Sequence record: OQ873415.1
Source: Escherichia phage PECP20
Strand: one strand, 5' to 3'
DNA length: 64,000 nucleotides
The notes beneath the pieces are model-generated. The model had not been told where the DNA came from. It was given only the letters and a program-made list of their open reading frames with translations, and did no database searches. Both the position numbers and the translations under genes were made by a program. Positions within the stretch are counted from its first letter, which is position 1; each line of letters opens with the position of its first letter. Positions 25,786 through 34,031 of this stretch are shown piece by piece.

Positions 25786-26067
25786 CTATTTTTCTGAAGC
25801 GCCTGAAATATATTTTTCAAGACGTTGTTTCATCAGCGAGCCGTTCTTAGCGATTTCTTCTGGTTTATCGCACATACGCAACAAGGCTTCAAGCTTAGCG
25901 ATATCGCTGGTACGTTCAAATTTGCGAGTATCTATCTTACTAGCAAGTTCAGAAATACGTGCTAATAGACTTTCAGCTTCAACCAAAGCTGCACCTAGCT
26001 TAGTTGCAAATGTGTCAGTAGCTTCGTTAAGAATAGATTCTGATAAAAATTCACTATATGTTTTCAT
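25786..26067 (-). CDS. Internal-protein-like head protein with capsid-targeting N-terminus ([10 protein letters not shown]...)
   Basis: Capsid-targeting consensus; start ATG overlaps the e stop (ATGA). Confidence 0.55.
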   Translation of the reverse strand: MKTYSEFLSESILNEATDTFATKLGAALVEAESLLARISELASKIDTRKFERTSDIAKLEALLRMCDKPEEIAKNGSLMKQRLEKYISGASEK

Positions 26068-26552
26068 ATATACGCTTTCCAAGTTCCTGTTTTAAATGTT
26101 GAGATTACGCGTTTCGCGCGATTAGGTGTCTGACGATACCATTTAGATTGAGCTAGATTTACTGCCGCTTCATCCCAACGTTTCTGTTTAAGCATACGAA
26201 GAGAATTAGTAAAACCGGCGACTCCTGCTACACCCATTTGGAAGACCATATTGACCAATGCACACCGACGAACTGCATCTAAAGAATCATATACCGGTTT
26301 AAGTTTAGCATTACCCAAGATTCCGCGAACGGCTTTATCGACGTCTTCATTAAATAGCTTTTCAGCCTCATCAAGGGTAATTGTACCGTTGCATTTACGA
26401 CCGATCATTCTGTCAAGTTCAGCTTTAGCTACGGCTAAAGACTGGTTCTTTGTTACCAAGTGGCCTATGCCAATCGTCCAAAAGCCTTCAGTGTCTTTGT
26501 ATAAAGTCAGTCTAAGACCTTCGTCATTACGAAGCATTTCAAATATATTCAT
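26064..26552 (-). CDS. e: Lysozyme (endolysin) e
   Basis: [32 protein letters not shown]... roughly 80% identical to T4 lysozyme by eye. Confidence 0.95.
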   Translation of the reverse strand: MNIFEMLRNDEGLRLTLYKDTEGFWTIGIGHLVTKNQSLAVAKAELDRMIGRKCNGTITLDEAEKLFNEDVDKAVRGILGNAKLKPVYDSLDAVRRCALVNMVFQMGVAGVAGFTNSLRMLKQKRWDEAAVNLAQSKWYRQTPNRAKRVISTFKTGTWKAYI

Positions 26553-26554
26553 AA

Positions 26555-26578
26555 TACCTCCCACGTTTATAGGAGGTA
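26555..26578 (-). promoter_or_regulatory. Hairpin that sequesters the gene e ribosome-binding site (TACCTCC ... GGAGGTA), with a late-promoter-like TATAAACG in its loop
   Basis: 7-bp inverted repeat whose 3' arm is the Shine-Dalgarno sequence; same arrangement as described for T4 gene e. Confidence 0.6.
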
Positions 26579-26586
26579 TTTATTAC

Positions 26587-27045
26587 TTATAGGATGGTAG
26601 TGAGCACCTTATATAATGATTTGCCCATTACATATTCCCATTGAGAAGGTTTAATTAAAGCGAATGCATCAAATTCAGGAATCTGTCGTCCGTCTGGGAA
26701 TGTATGATAGGAATTACAAACACTGTTTCTGAATTGCTCGTGCTCTACAGGGATGGTATATAGGAACAGATGAATATTCTTATTATCTGAGTAATGATGT
26801 TCACCTAGGTCTTTCAGGAAGACAGGGTCATATTGTGTAAACCCAGTTTCTTCTTCGCATTCACGAATAGCGGCTTCAATAGGAGATTCGCCAGGTTCGA
26901 CATGGTCTTTAGGAATATCCCACCGATGAGCTAAAGAACCTTTAGGACGAGAACCAGTTACACGACCCATGAATAACTCTTTATCTTTTGTCATGAAGAT
27001 AATACCGGCTGATAGTTCTTTCACTTTATTTTTCTTACTCATCAT
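26587..27045 (-). CDS. nudE: Nudix hydrolase NudE
   Basis: Nudix box ...GESPIEAAIRECEEETG; 152 aa. Confidence 0.85.
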   Translation of the reverse strand: MMSKKNKVKELSAGIIFMTKDKELFMGRVTGSRPKGSLAHRWDIPKDHVEPGESPIEAAIRECEEETGFTQYDPVFLKDLGEHHYSDNKNIHLFLYTIPVEHEQFRNSVCNSYHTFPDGRQIPEFDAFALIKPSQWEYVMGKSLYKVLTTIL

Positions 27046-27271
27046 ATCGGTCCCATGATTTGGCCATCAATTCGGACATAAATTCTTCAATGCGCGTTTC
27101 TTTAGATGGACTTTCACTATTAGAGACCGCAAGTTTGTAATCTGCAATAGGACAGAACATATCAAGGTCCATATTAAGATCGTCTTTGATTTTTTCTTCT
27201 GACACATCTTTATCATACGTGTACAGATAACTATCGCATGATTCTGATTTAATGTAAATTGCTATACTCAT
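27035..27271 (-). CDS. Hypothetical acidic protein (~78 aa)
   Basis: ORF track; internal ATG with AGGAAT ribosome-binding site. Confidence 0.4.
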   Translation of the reverse strand: MSIAIYIKSESCDSYLYTYDKDVSEEKIKDDLNMDLDMFCPIADYKLAVSNSESPSKETRIEEFMSELMAKSWDRYDE

Positions 27272-27759
27272 CTCAAATTCCTGCATTCGGTAATAAAACG
27301 TTCAACTTCGTTATTCTTGGCCTTTATCTTGTCTTTACGTTCCTGTAAACTACTTTTAACAAGATTAATAATGATGGCGGCGGTACCGCCGCCAATGATG
27401 CCACCAACAACACTTACGATACTAGATGCTAATAAGATAGCAATAATATCAACAAAACCGAAAGAACTCACCTTAGTACTGAAAAACCATACCGACGGTA
27501 CAAATATAATCCATCCTGTTATCCATTGGCACTTATTGAAAAACTTTTCAAGCTCAGCTTGAGTTGTTCGTATTACTTCATCGATAGGTTGATATCCATT
27601 AATGTATCTGTTCACGATAATACCTGCTGGCTGGTCGATTTTAAATTCTTGGCAAATACGTTTCACTAAGTAGGATGGACATCCTGTCCAATCCACTGAA
27701 TAGTACGAAATACCTTCGTTGCCATCGTCTATATTAGACCAATATGTTTTGTTAATCAT
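27268..27759 (-). CDS. Membrane protein, C-terminal ...ERFITECRNLR (FIxECR-tail family member 1)
   Basis: Transmembrane segments plus conserved C-terminal motif shared with ORFs at 28447, 31113, 31451 and 31815. Confidence 0.5.
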   Translation of the reverse strand: MINKTYWSNIDDGNEGISYYSVDWTGCPSYLVKRICQEFKIDQPAGIIVNRYINGYQPIDEVIRTTQAELEKFFNKCQWITGWIIFVPSVWFFSTKVSSFGFVDIIAILLASSIVSVVGGIIGGGTAAIIINLVKSSLQERKDKIKAKNNEVERFITECRNLR

Positions 27760-28445
27760 TACCAGCCTTCCATAGGGAATTCCAGATAAACTTGAGCATT
27801 GACACGAATTTCATTGGTAATCTTTTTAACTCGGTCTGTATTACGAGATACACGTCCGAACCAACGCCATCCATTACTAATTGCACGAGAACCAGTGTGC
27901 CATGTTTGCCAATCAAACTGAAGAAGAGTACGGTCCGGAGCTTCCCATTTCTCTAGTTCACCTTTTTCAATTTTTTCGAGGACTTCTTTGTGCCACTGGC
28001 GATAGATAAGTTCGCCATCAGGAATCTGACTGAACTCTGCAGTTCCTGTTGCAAAATGAGTAGGACACACATCAGCGTTAACAAGACCAAGAATATGTTC
28101 AGACAAATAGCGAGGATTGTCATAGTCAGGTTGTCCTGCAGTAATAAAATGTTGACCAACCGGAATATCCGGGCGTGGTACGTCATCATGGTGATAACCA
28201 GGAATAGCAGGATACCAACCAGGCATCAGCATATGGACTCGTGAATCAAATACTACATCTGAGTCTTTCCAATCGTCAGGGAGATTTTGGATAAAGCTAC
28301 GAGTAATTGGACCGCCGTTATCAAAAGCAAAATTCAAATCGCAATTAAAGAACATAGGCTCGTTTTTAATCTGGTCATTTTTAATCGCATGAGCAAAACC
28401 ACCTACTGCACGAGCTTGACTATTAAACACTTTAGAACTATTCAT
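27759..28445 (-). CDS. Hypothetical protein (228 aa)
   Basis: ORF track. Confidence 0.5.
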   Translation of the reverse strand: MNSSKVFNSQARAVGGFAHAIKNDQIKNEPMFFNCDLNFAFDNGGPITRSFIQNLPDDWKDSDVVFDSRVHMLMPGWYPAIPGYHHDDVPRPDIPVGQHFITAGQPDYDNPRYLSEHILGLVNADVCPTHFATGTAEFSQIPDGELIYRQWHKEVLEKIEKGELEKWEAPDRTLLQFDWQTWHTGSRAISNGWRWFGRVSRNTDRVKKITNEIRVNAQVYLEFPMEGW

Positions 28446-28446
28446 A

Positions 28447-28752
28447 TTATTTTCCTCGACATTCTTTAATGAAATTTTCTAGATTGGTAGATTCAATAGC
28501 TTTTTTACGAGCTTCTGCGTGTTCTTCTTCAGACAATTTACATTTATAATTGACCCAGACGTTATGGTCGAAACTAGTCGTGGCATATAATAACAATGCT
28601 CCAACGAATAGCAAAAACGGCGATAAGAATACAAAACCAGGAACACCATCCATACTGTAAGCCTTTTGTAATACTGCAACAGAAAGAGCTGCGTAAAAAA
28701 GTGATACAAATATTGTTAAAAGACCAATTCGGTTGGTTTCGCCTAATTTCAT
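28447..28752 (-). CDS. Membrane protein, C-terminal ...ENFIKECRGK (FIxECR-tail family member 2)
   Basis: Two transmembrane helices plus conserved tail. Confidence 0.5.
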   Translation of the reverse strand: MKLGETNRIGLLTIFVSLFYAALSVAVLQKAYSMDGVPGFVFLSPFLLFVGALLLYATTSFDHNVWVNYKCKLSEEEHAEARKKAIESTNLENFIKECRGK

Positions 28753-28780
28753 AATATTCTCCTCATGTTTTAATAGGACT

Positions 28781-28809
28781 ACTATAACATAGTCCTATCA
28801 GTTTGTACA
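28781..28809 (-). promoter_or_regulatory. T4-type early promoter (TGTACA, 17 nt, TATAGT) with inverted repeat ATAGGACTA/TAGTCCTAT around the -10
   Basis: Minus-strand read. Confidence 0.5.
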
Positions 28810-28810
28810 C

Positions 28811-29011
28811 TTATTTTGACATTTCTTCGATGTCACGACGATACCCATCACGAACTTCACGAAGAGCTTCAAGGCCACACATAGGCTCGATACCAGTAAT
28901 GTGAACTTGATTAATCTGATACTCTACATCTTCTAACTGAGCGAAAACATAACGACGTTCTGCTGCACAACCAGGTTTAGCTTTACCGAAACGTTTATTC
29001 AAAGTAGTCAT
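28811..29011 (-). CDS. Hypothetical protein (~66 aa)
   Basis: ORF track, internal ATG. Confidence 0.4.
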   Translation of the reverse strand: MTTLNKRFGKAKPGCAAERRYVFAQLEDVEYQINQVHITGIEPMCGLEALREVRDGYRRDIEEMSK

Positions 29012-29049
29012 TTTTATATCTCCATTCACTCATTTGTTTTGATAGGTCT

Positions 29050-29079
29050 ATAGTATCAACAACTACAGACCTTGTAAAC
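29050..29079 (-). promoter_or_regulatory. T4-type early promoter (GTTTAC ... TACTAT) with AGGTCT/AGACCT inverted repeat
   Basis: Minus-strand read. Confidence 0.45.
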
Positions 29080-29091
29080 TGTTTTGTGAAA

Positions 29092-30048
29092 TTATTTGAA
29101 AGGTTTTACCATATGAAAGTTTTGTTTGAAACGCTTGACGTAATCGTCGTGTCCTAAGCTTTGGTACATACTTACTACTTTGTTATAATTTTCCCAAGCG
29201 AACTCACGGAACCATCCTGATGTGATTGATGTACAGACCTTTTCAAGGGCCATCATAAAACTATCACGTGGATGGATTTCAAAGTTATTAGGAATCTGAG
29301 AACGTTCTAACGCTAGTACACATGATTCTTCGTATACGCCGGCCAATTTGACCATTTCTGGTAATGATTCGAACTTCTCGCGTGAGGTCATGACTTCAGA
29401 ACCATCTTTCATATAAAATGTATACGCTGGACGGTCTGTTAGTGCAATGGCTTCATGAATAGTATCATGGTCATATGTATAGATGTCATCTTTAAAGAAC
29501 GCACTTTTAGAAGTGTCAAGAACTGGGTGAGCATAATTCAAGGTTTCTTTCTGGCGTTTCAGCATAATTTCAGTAAGTTCATCGTTCAGTGTAACACCTT
29601 TACCACGAAGATACTGAATATGGTTCATAGTCTTTAAAAAGAATGGATTATTTTTCTTGAAACGATGAGACATCTTAATTGCAAGACATATCTCAGGAGT
29701 TGCCCAGTAAAACCCGTTCAAACGGTCTTTAGTCAAATTTTTCTTGGCGTATTTTAAAAGGTCATAAGAAGACGTGAAATCTTCAGGAGTGAGTTCACCG
29801 ACTAGTTCGCGAACGTTAGTGATAGCCGGAACGATGTATGCTTCAAAATGAGTTTCGCGTCCATTATGGAAGCATTTGAAAACTTGGACATCAGGGTTAT
29901 CTTGGTGAACATATACACCCATCATTTGATTTTTGAATGCATTCCAAGAACCTTGGTCCGCAATAAAGTCCCAATCACTATTTTTAATAGCGCTAGAATC
30001 AATAAGACCGTGATAGTGAAGTGCACGAGAACCAATAACTAACATCAT
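29092..30048 (-). CDS. Hypothetical protein (318 aa); weak nucleotidyltransferase-like N-terminal motif (IGSRALHYHG...SDWDF)
   Basis: GS ... DxD spacing is 17 residues, longer than canonical, so the fold call is tentative. Confidence 0.5.
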   Translation of the reverse strand: MMLVIGSRALHYHGLIDSSAIKNSDWDFIADQGSWNAFKNQMMGVYVHQDNPDVQVFKCFHNGRETHFEAYIVPAITNVRELVGELTPEDFTSSYDLLKYAKKNLTKDRLNGFYWATPEICLAIKMSHRFKKNNPFFLKTMNHIQYLRGKGVTLNDELTEIMLKRQKETLNYAHPVLDTSKSAFFKDDIYTYDHDTIHEAIALTDRPAYTFYMKDGSEVMTSREKFESLPEMVKLAGVYEESCVLALERSQIPNNFEIHPRDSFMMALEKVCTSITSGWFREFAWENYNKVVSMYQSLGHDDYVKRFKQNFHMVKPFK

Positions 30049-30076
30049 AATATTTTCCTCGGATTAATTCATTAAC

Positions 30077-30328
30077 TTAAATTTCACGACATGCGATATT
30101 ATATTCATCCCAGAGGTCATCATGTGAAGCCTCTACCAATGGAACGATTGTACCGTTTATGTCTTCATTATAAGGGCAAATTGTACAGTGCGCATCTTCG
30201 AATCGGATGCCTTTGTGTTCAGATTTTTTATAACGCATATCGAATATCTTTGCAAACTTTTCACGAGTAATGGTTTTACCAACCACTTTGGTTCCGATAC
30301 TTTCGTAATAAATCATTGTGGACTCCAT
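30077..30328 (-). CDS. Hypothetical protein (83 aa)
   Basis: ORF track. Confidence 0.45.
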   Translation of the reverse strand: MESTMIYYESIGTKVVGKTITREKFAKIFDMRYKKSEHKGIRFEDAHCTICPYNEDINGTIVPLVEASHDDLWDEYNIACREI

Positions 30329-30344
30329 TTGTTTTGATAGGACT

Positions 30345-30374
30345 ACTATAACATAGCCCTATCTTGTTGTAAAC
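30345..30374 (-). promoter_or_regulatory. T4-type early promoter (GTTTAC ... TATAGT) with inverted repeat ATAGGGCTA/TAGTCCTAT
   Basis: Minus-strand read. Confidence 0.5.
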
Positions 30375-30378
30375 TGTT

Positions 30379-30576
30379 TTAGCAAGAATAACTAGATGAT
30401 ACCCAGCCTTGAACAGTGATACTATTGTGGGATAATGAGATCGCGTCCTGGAGATTCAGACCTGCGTTATCTTCAATCCATAATGTAACTTCTTCGCGTT
30501 CTTCTGCTGCAATTTGGAACAGGTTTTCCAGAGCAGCTACTGCCGTACGTACAGCACAATCTAATTCACGAGACAT
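30379..30576 (-). CDS. Small acidic protein, C-terminal ...GWVSSSYSC (SSSxxC-tail family member 1)
   Basis: C-terminal motif shared with the two genes upstream. Confidence 0.5.
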   Translation of the reverse strand: MSRELDCAVRTAVAALENLFQIAAEEREEVTLWIEDNAGLNLQDAISLSHNSITVQGWVSSSYSC

Positions 30577-30585
30577 ATTGTTTCC

Positions 30586-30813
30586 TTAGCAAGACATAGA
30601 GGAAGAGAACCAGAAACCTTTGCCTTCCGGAATTCCATAATCGTTACGGATCCAGCCATATTCATCATATTCTGAACTGGTCGCCGGAATATATCGGTTA
30701 AGTCCTTCAGCATACACATGAAAATACTCGCCGGTTTTATCAGCTAATTGTTGGCCTTCACAGATTAGTGCTCGAATTTGGTCTTCAATTTCTTTAACGG
30801 TTTTAGTGGTCAT
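30586..30813 (-). CDS. Small acidic protein, C-terminal ...GFWFSSSMSC (SSSxxC-tail family member 2)
   Basis: Conserved tail; junction TGCTAAGGAAACAATATG. Confidence 0.5.
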   Translation of the reverse strand: MTTKTVKEIEDQIRALICEGQQLADKTGEYFHVYAEGLNRYIPATSSEYDEYGWIRNDYGIPEGKGFWFSSSMSC

Positions 30814-30822
30814 TTTATTTCC

Positions 30823-31116
30823 TTAACATATTTGAGAAGAGGAGATCCATACACCGGAAGTAACGATACCATTTTCGTCAACTTCACCGCCATAGTTTTC
30901 AATTTCATCGCGCATCCAGCGACTACATTCATAACCAACAGGATAGTAAGTACGACCTGAACCATATTCACCTACATCAAATGAAACACCATACTTATCT
31001 GCGATAATAGTAGCTTCATTCTCGATATGGTCTTGAGCACGAAGAAGTTTGCTGATTGCTTCTTCTGCAGATTTAGCGTCATTGTATTCAGGGATTACGA
31101 TTTCAATTTTACTCAT
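30823..31116 (-). CDS. Small acidic protein, C-terminal ...GVWISSSQIC (SSSxxC-tail family member 3)
   Basis: Conserved tail; junction TGTTAAGGAAATAAAATG. Confidence 0.5.
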   Translation of the reverse strand: MSKIEIVIPEYNDAKSAEEAISKLLRAQDHIENEATIIADKYGVSFDVGEYGSGRTYYPVGYECSRWMRDEIENYGGEVDENGIVTSGVWISSSQIC

Positions 31117-31472
31117 TTTCTACATTCCTTAATAAAGTTTTCGATTGTTTCATTTTCACGTTTAGCTAGGAGTTCATTATAACTAATCATTTGAGAAGCG
31201 TAAACCTTTTTATTTTTCTTGTTGTGGTTTATAAAATCGTAGTAAAAATAGACTACAGTACAAAATGATGCGATGGATGCAAAGGCTTGGGTATACCGTA
31301 AGTCCTGCCATTGGTCTGTGAATCCACCAGTGTTCCCTATAAATCCTAACACAACGCCGTCAATAAGAAATCCAACTAATCCAAAGGCAAATCCCATGCC
31401 AATACTCATAATAAAAATTAGAATGTTCTCACCAAGAGAAGGCCATACGGTTAAGAGTTGAGGCTTTTGCAT
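31113..31472 (-). CDS. Membrane protein, C-terminal ...ENFIKECRK (FIxECR-tail family member 3)
   Basis: Transmembrane segments plus conserved tail; stop overlaps the next start. Confidence 0.5.
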   Translation of the reverse strand: MQKPQLLTVWPSLGENILIFIMSIGMGFAFGLVGFLIDGVVLGFIGNTGGFTDQWQDLRYTQAFASIASFCTVVYFYYDFINHNKKNKKVYASQMISYNELLAKRENETIENFIKECRK

Positions 31473-31846
31473 CTTATTTCCTTAACGAATTCCATAGCTT
31501 CTTCATATTCATACTTTTTAACAGCTTCATCATACTGAGCTTGGGCTTTTGCGCACTGAACTTTCCATTCTCTTAATCGGGCTCTGTGATGACGGCCTTG
31601 GTGCCAATATCCTACCCAATTAATAGGCATTAATAAAAACGGTACAATAAGTGGTGCGACGAACATTAATGAAAATGCTGCATCAGACGATATAACTTCA
31701 CTAGAATCTAAAACAGCTCCTATAATCATAAAGATTAAAAATGCTAAAGCTAAAATAGGACCAAATAATACTTCATACGGGATTAATTTACGTTTGTATT
31801 CGTAGGCCCAGGGCTTACTTGGCATGTATAGGGTTGGCTTTGACAT
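31451..31846 (-). CDS. Membrane protein, C-terminal ...EFVKEIRCKSLNS (FIxECR-like tail, family member 4)
   Basis: Transmembrane segments; related tail. Confidence 0.45.
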   Translation of the reverse strand: MSKPTLYMPSKPWAYEYKRKLIPYEVLFGPILALAFLIFMIIGAVLDSSEVISSDAAFSLMFVAPLIVPFLLMPINWVGYWHQGRHHRARLREWKVQCAKAQAQYDEAVKKYEYEEAMEFVKEIRCKSLNS

Positions 31847-32438
31847 ATTCTCTACATTCCATAATAAATTGCTCAAGGATTAAATTGTTAGTGAAATTAG
31901 GACTAACAACCATAGTTTCATAAAGCGCATCAATAGCACTTAAAGCATCAACTCTTTTAAGCAAAGGCTTGCCTTCATACATAGTTTCAGAATCGATGAT
32001 TAACGTAAAGTAATATTTTTTATTATCGACTAGAACTTCTGTATCGATATAAAACATATTAGACCTCAGAAGCTTATCTCTAAAACCATAATAATCTTCA
32101 GAGCGTTCGCTGATATATTCCCATTCAGTGTTTAAACAACAAACAGACCACGTAGGAGCAACGAAATCAGTGAATCTAATATCATGGTCTGCAACTAGTT
32201 TAGCAATAGCTCCGATATCATGAATCATAATACCTGGGGCTAATAAAGATTTTCTGCTATGGCTAGCCGTTTTCTCGGTGGTCTCATAAGAAGACGACCA
32301 GTACCATTTACGTCCGGTTGCAACATATCGTAATGAATCAACTAAAGACGTAGGTGGATTTACCTTATCTCGGAACTCTTCGAACATTGAGTCAATATCA
32401 TTATTTTGGTTTCGCATGTTAGCTCCTTTATTATCCAA
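31815..32438 (-). CDS. Hypothetical protein (207 aa) with internal ...EQFIMECREYVK motif
   Basis: ORF track; start uncertain. Confidence 0.45.
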   Translation of the reverse strand: MDNKGANMRNQNNDIDSMFEEFRDKVNPPTSLVDSLRYVATGRKWYWSSSYETTEKTASHSRKSLLAPGIMIHDIGAIAKLVADHDIRFTDFVAPTWSVCCLNTEWEYISERSEDYYGFRDKLLRSNMFYIDTEVLVDNKKYYFTLIIDSETMYEGKPLLKRVDALSAIDALYETMVVSPNFTNNLILEQFIMECREYVKANPIHAK

Positions 32439-32466
32439 AAGGAGGACCGGAGTCCTCCGTATTATT

Positions 32467-33060
32467 TTATTTCAAAGAGTTAATATATTCTTGTACATCA
32501 GCAGAAGTGGTTTCGACACCAGCTGGAGTGCCATTGAACGTTTCAACACGAGTCAGAGTGTCTTCGATATCAACCTTAGTCAGTGCAGCGATTTCAATTA
32601 CATCGTCAGCGGTAGAGATACCAAGGGCATTGGCTGCTCGAGTTTCACGAATGTATTCGAGTTTGATTGCCAGGTTCTGACGAGCATCGTCAAGTTCAAC
32701 CACCTTACGAGCAATTTCAATTCGCATAGCGGCATACCCGTCAGCTTTTGTATTAAGTTGTTCGGCAGTTCGACGATACAGAAGACCAAGCTTAGCATGC
32801 ATGGTAACATCTTGTCCTTCAGCCAGGAGTTTACGAATTTCACGTTCCTTAGAAGCGGCTTGCTTGTTCTTTTCATTAACAAGTTCGCGAATACGTTTTT
32901 CTTCATTAATAGATTTAACAGAAGCCGTTTTTAGTTCTTTGATTTGGGTAATCAACTTATCTGCAGCTGCGTTATACTGTTCTTCGACAGTCAGATTTTT
33001 AGCCATGGCAGTACCCAGTTTAGTGCGAATGAATTCAACAAGTTTCTTCAGAGTGTTCAT
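32467..33060 (-). CDS. Coiled-coil protein (197 aa)
   Basis: Long heptad-like charged helices; no catalytic motif. Confidence 0.5.
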   Translation of the reverse strand: MNTLKKLVEFIRTKLGTAMAKNLTVEEQYNAAADKLITQIKELKTASVKSINEEKRIRELVNEKNKQAASKEREIRKLLAEGQDVTMHAKLGLLYRRTAEQLNTKADGYAAMRIEIARKVVELDDARQNLAIKLEYIRETRAANALGISTADDVIEIAALTKVDIEDTLTRVETFNGTPAGVETTSADVQEYINSLK

Positions 33061-33102
33061 ATTATTACCTTTTCAATTAGTGGGTTTATTATCCATGAGA
33101 GC

Positions 33103-33131
33103 ATTATACTCTGCTCTCAAGAGTTTGTAAA
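33103..33131 (-). promoter_or_regulatory. T4-type early promoter (-35 TTTACA, 17 nt, -10 TATAAT) with GAGAGC/GCTCTC inverted repeat around the -10
   Basis: Second copy of the ~50-nt element at 3615-3670. Confidence 0.55.
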
Positions 33132-33359
33132 TTATTTTTTAATCAAATTGACATAAAACTTGGCGTCTTCGGGGTGCATGCCTTCGCAGTATTCTTCAAC
33201 CATGAACTTCTTAACAGCTTCATAAGGACCACTCAGATTAAGCTCGGTTGTCCAGAACTTGGAATCTTGTACTGAATCGATACGAACTTCAGGGTGACGG
33301 TTGCGAATAACTTCTTCTGTGTATTCATAATCAACGACATCAATACTAACTTTAGCCAT
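33132..33359 (-). CDS. Hypothetical acidic protein (75 aa)
   Basis: ORF track. Confidence 0.45.
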   Translation of the reverse strand: MAKVSIDVVDYEYTEEVIRNRHPEVRIDSVQDSKFWTTELNLSGPYEAVKKFMVEEYCEGMHPEDAKFYVNLIKK

Positions 33360-33388
33360 TTTGTTTCTCCTCTTGATTTGATAGGTCT

Positions 33389-33417
33389 ATAGTAACACCA
33401 TCCTTGGCGTTTGTACA
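33389..33417 (-). promoter_or_regulatory. T4-type early promoter (TGTACA, 17 nt, TACTAT)
   Basis: Minus-strand read; contains the CCATCCTTGG core. Confidence 0.45.
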
Positions 33418-33921
33418 TCATTTATTTTTAATTTTACAAATTTTTCCAGCTTCGATACACGCGGCATAGATGATGCTCTGGGCAATTTTATTGCTAGTAG
33501 ACCTTGCAATCACACTAAGAACAATTTCTTTTTCTTCACCACCCCATCCCCAGCTATTTTGTCCATAGGTACCTTTAACTACGGCCGAAACTTCAACAGA
33601 ACGTCCACCATCAGAAGTTTTAACATCTACAACCCAATCGCCATCTTTCTCTTCAACTCGTGGTTTATCCCAAGAAATACTAATATATGATTCACTGCCG
33701 ATAGAAGTTGCCGGGTTTTTCTCTATCGTAAGCCCTTCACTTTCCAGCCATTCAATAGTATTTGCACATAAATCCGAAGAACACCTCATCGGAAAGCGGC
33801 AAGATTTTTCACCTTTAGAGGCGGCTTCATACGTCTTTTCTAAAATACGCTTTTGCACGTTTTTAAAAATAGTTTCAGCAGATTCTTCAGATTTTTTATT
33901 CAGTTCAGTATAAAGACTCAT
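33418..33921 (-). CDS. Hypothetical protein (167 aa)
   Basis: ORF track. Confidence 0.5.
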   Translation of the reverse strand: MSLYTELNKKSEESAETIFKNVQKRILEKTYEAASKGEKSCRFPMRCSSDLCANTIEWLESEGLTIEKNPATSIGSESYISISWDKPRVEEKDGDWVVDVKTSDGGRSVEVSAVVKGTYGQNSWGWGGEEKEIVLSVIARSTSNKIAQSIIYAACIEAGKICKIKNK

Positions 33922-33950
33922 AACATTTTCCTTTGTGGTTGATATGTCTT

Positions 33951-33979
33951 ATAGTATCATGTCCTTAGAAGAAGTAAAC
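33951..33979 (-). promoter_or_regulatory. T4-type early promoter (GTTTAC, 17 nt, TACTAT)
   Basis: Minus strand: GTTTACTTCTTCTAAGGACATGATACTAT. Confidence 0.5.
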
Positions 33980-34000
33980 AACTTTTTCAGTAAGTTGTAG

Positions 34001-34026
34001 ACCCCCTAATGGGGACCGAAGTCCCC
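34001..34026 (-). repeat. Dual-hairpin element ACCCCCTAATGGGGACCGAAGTCCCC, copy 2
   Basis: Near-identical to 16042-16069; directly upstream of an early promoter. Confidence 0.5.
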
Positions 34027-34031
34027 ATTCT

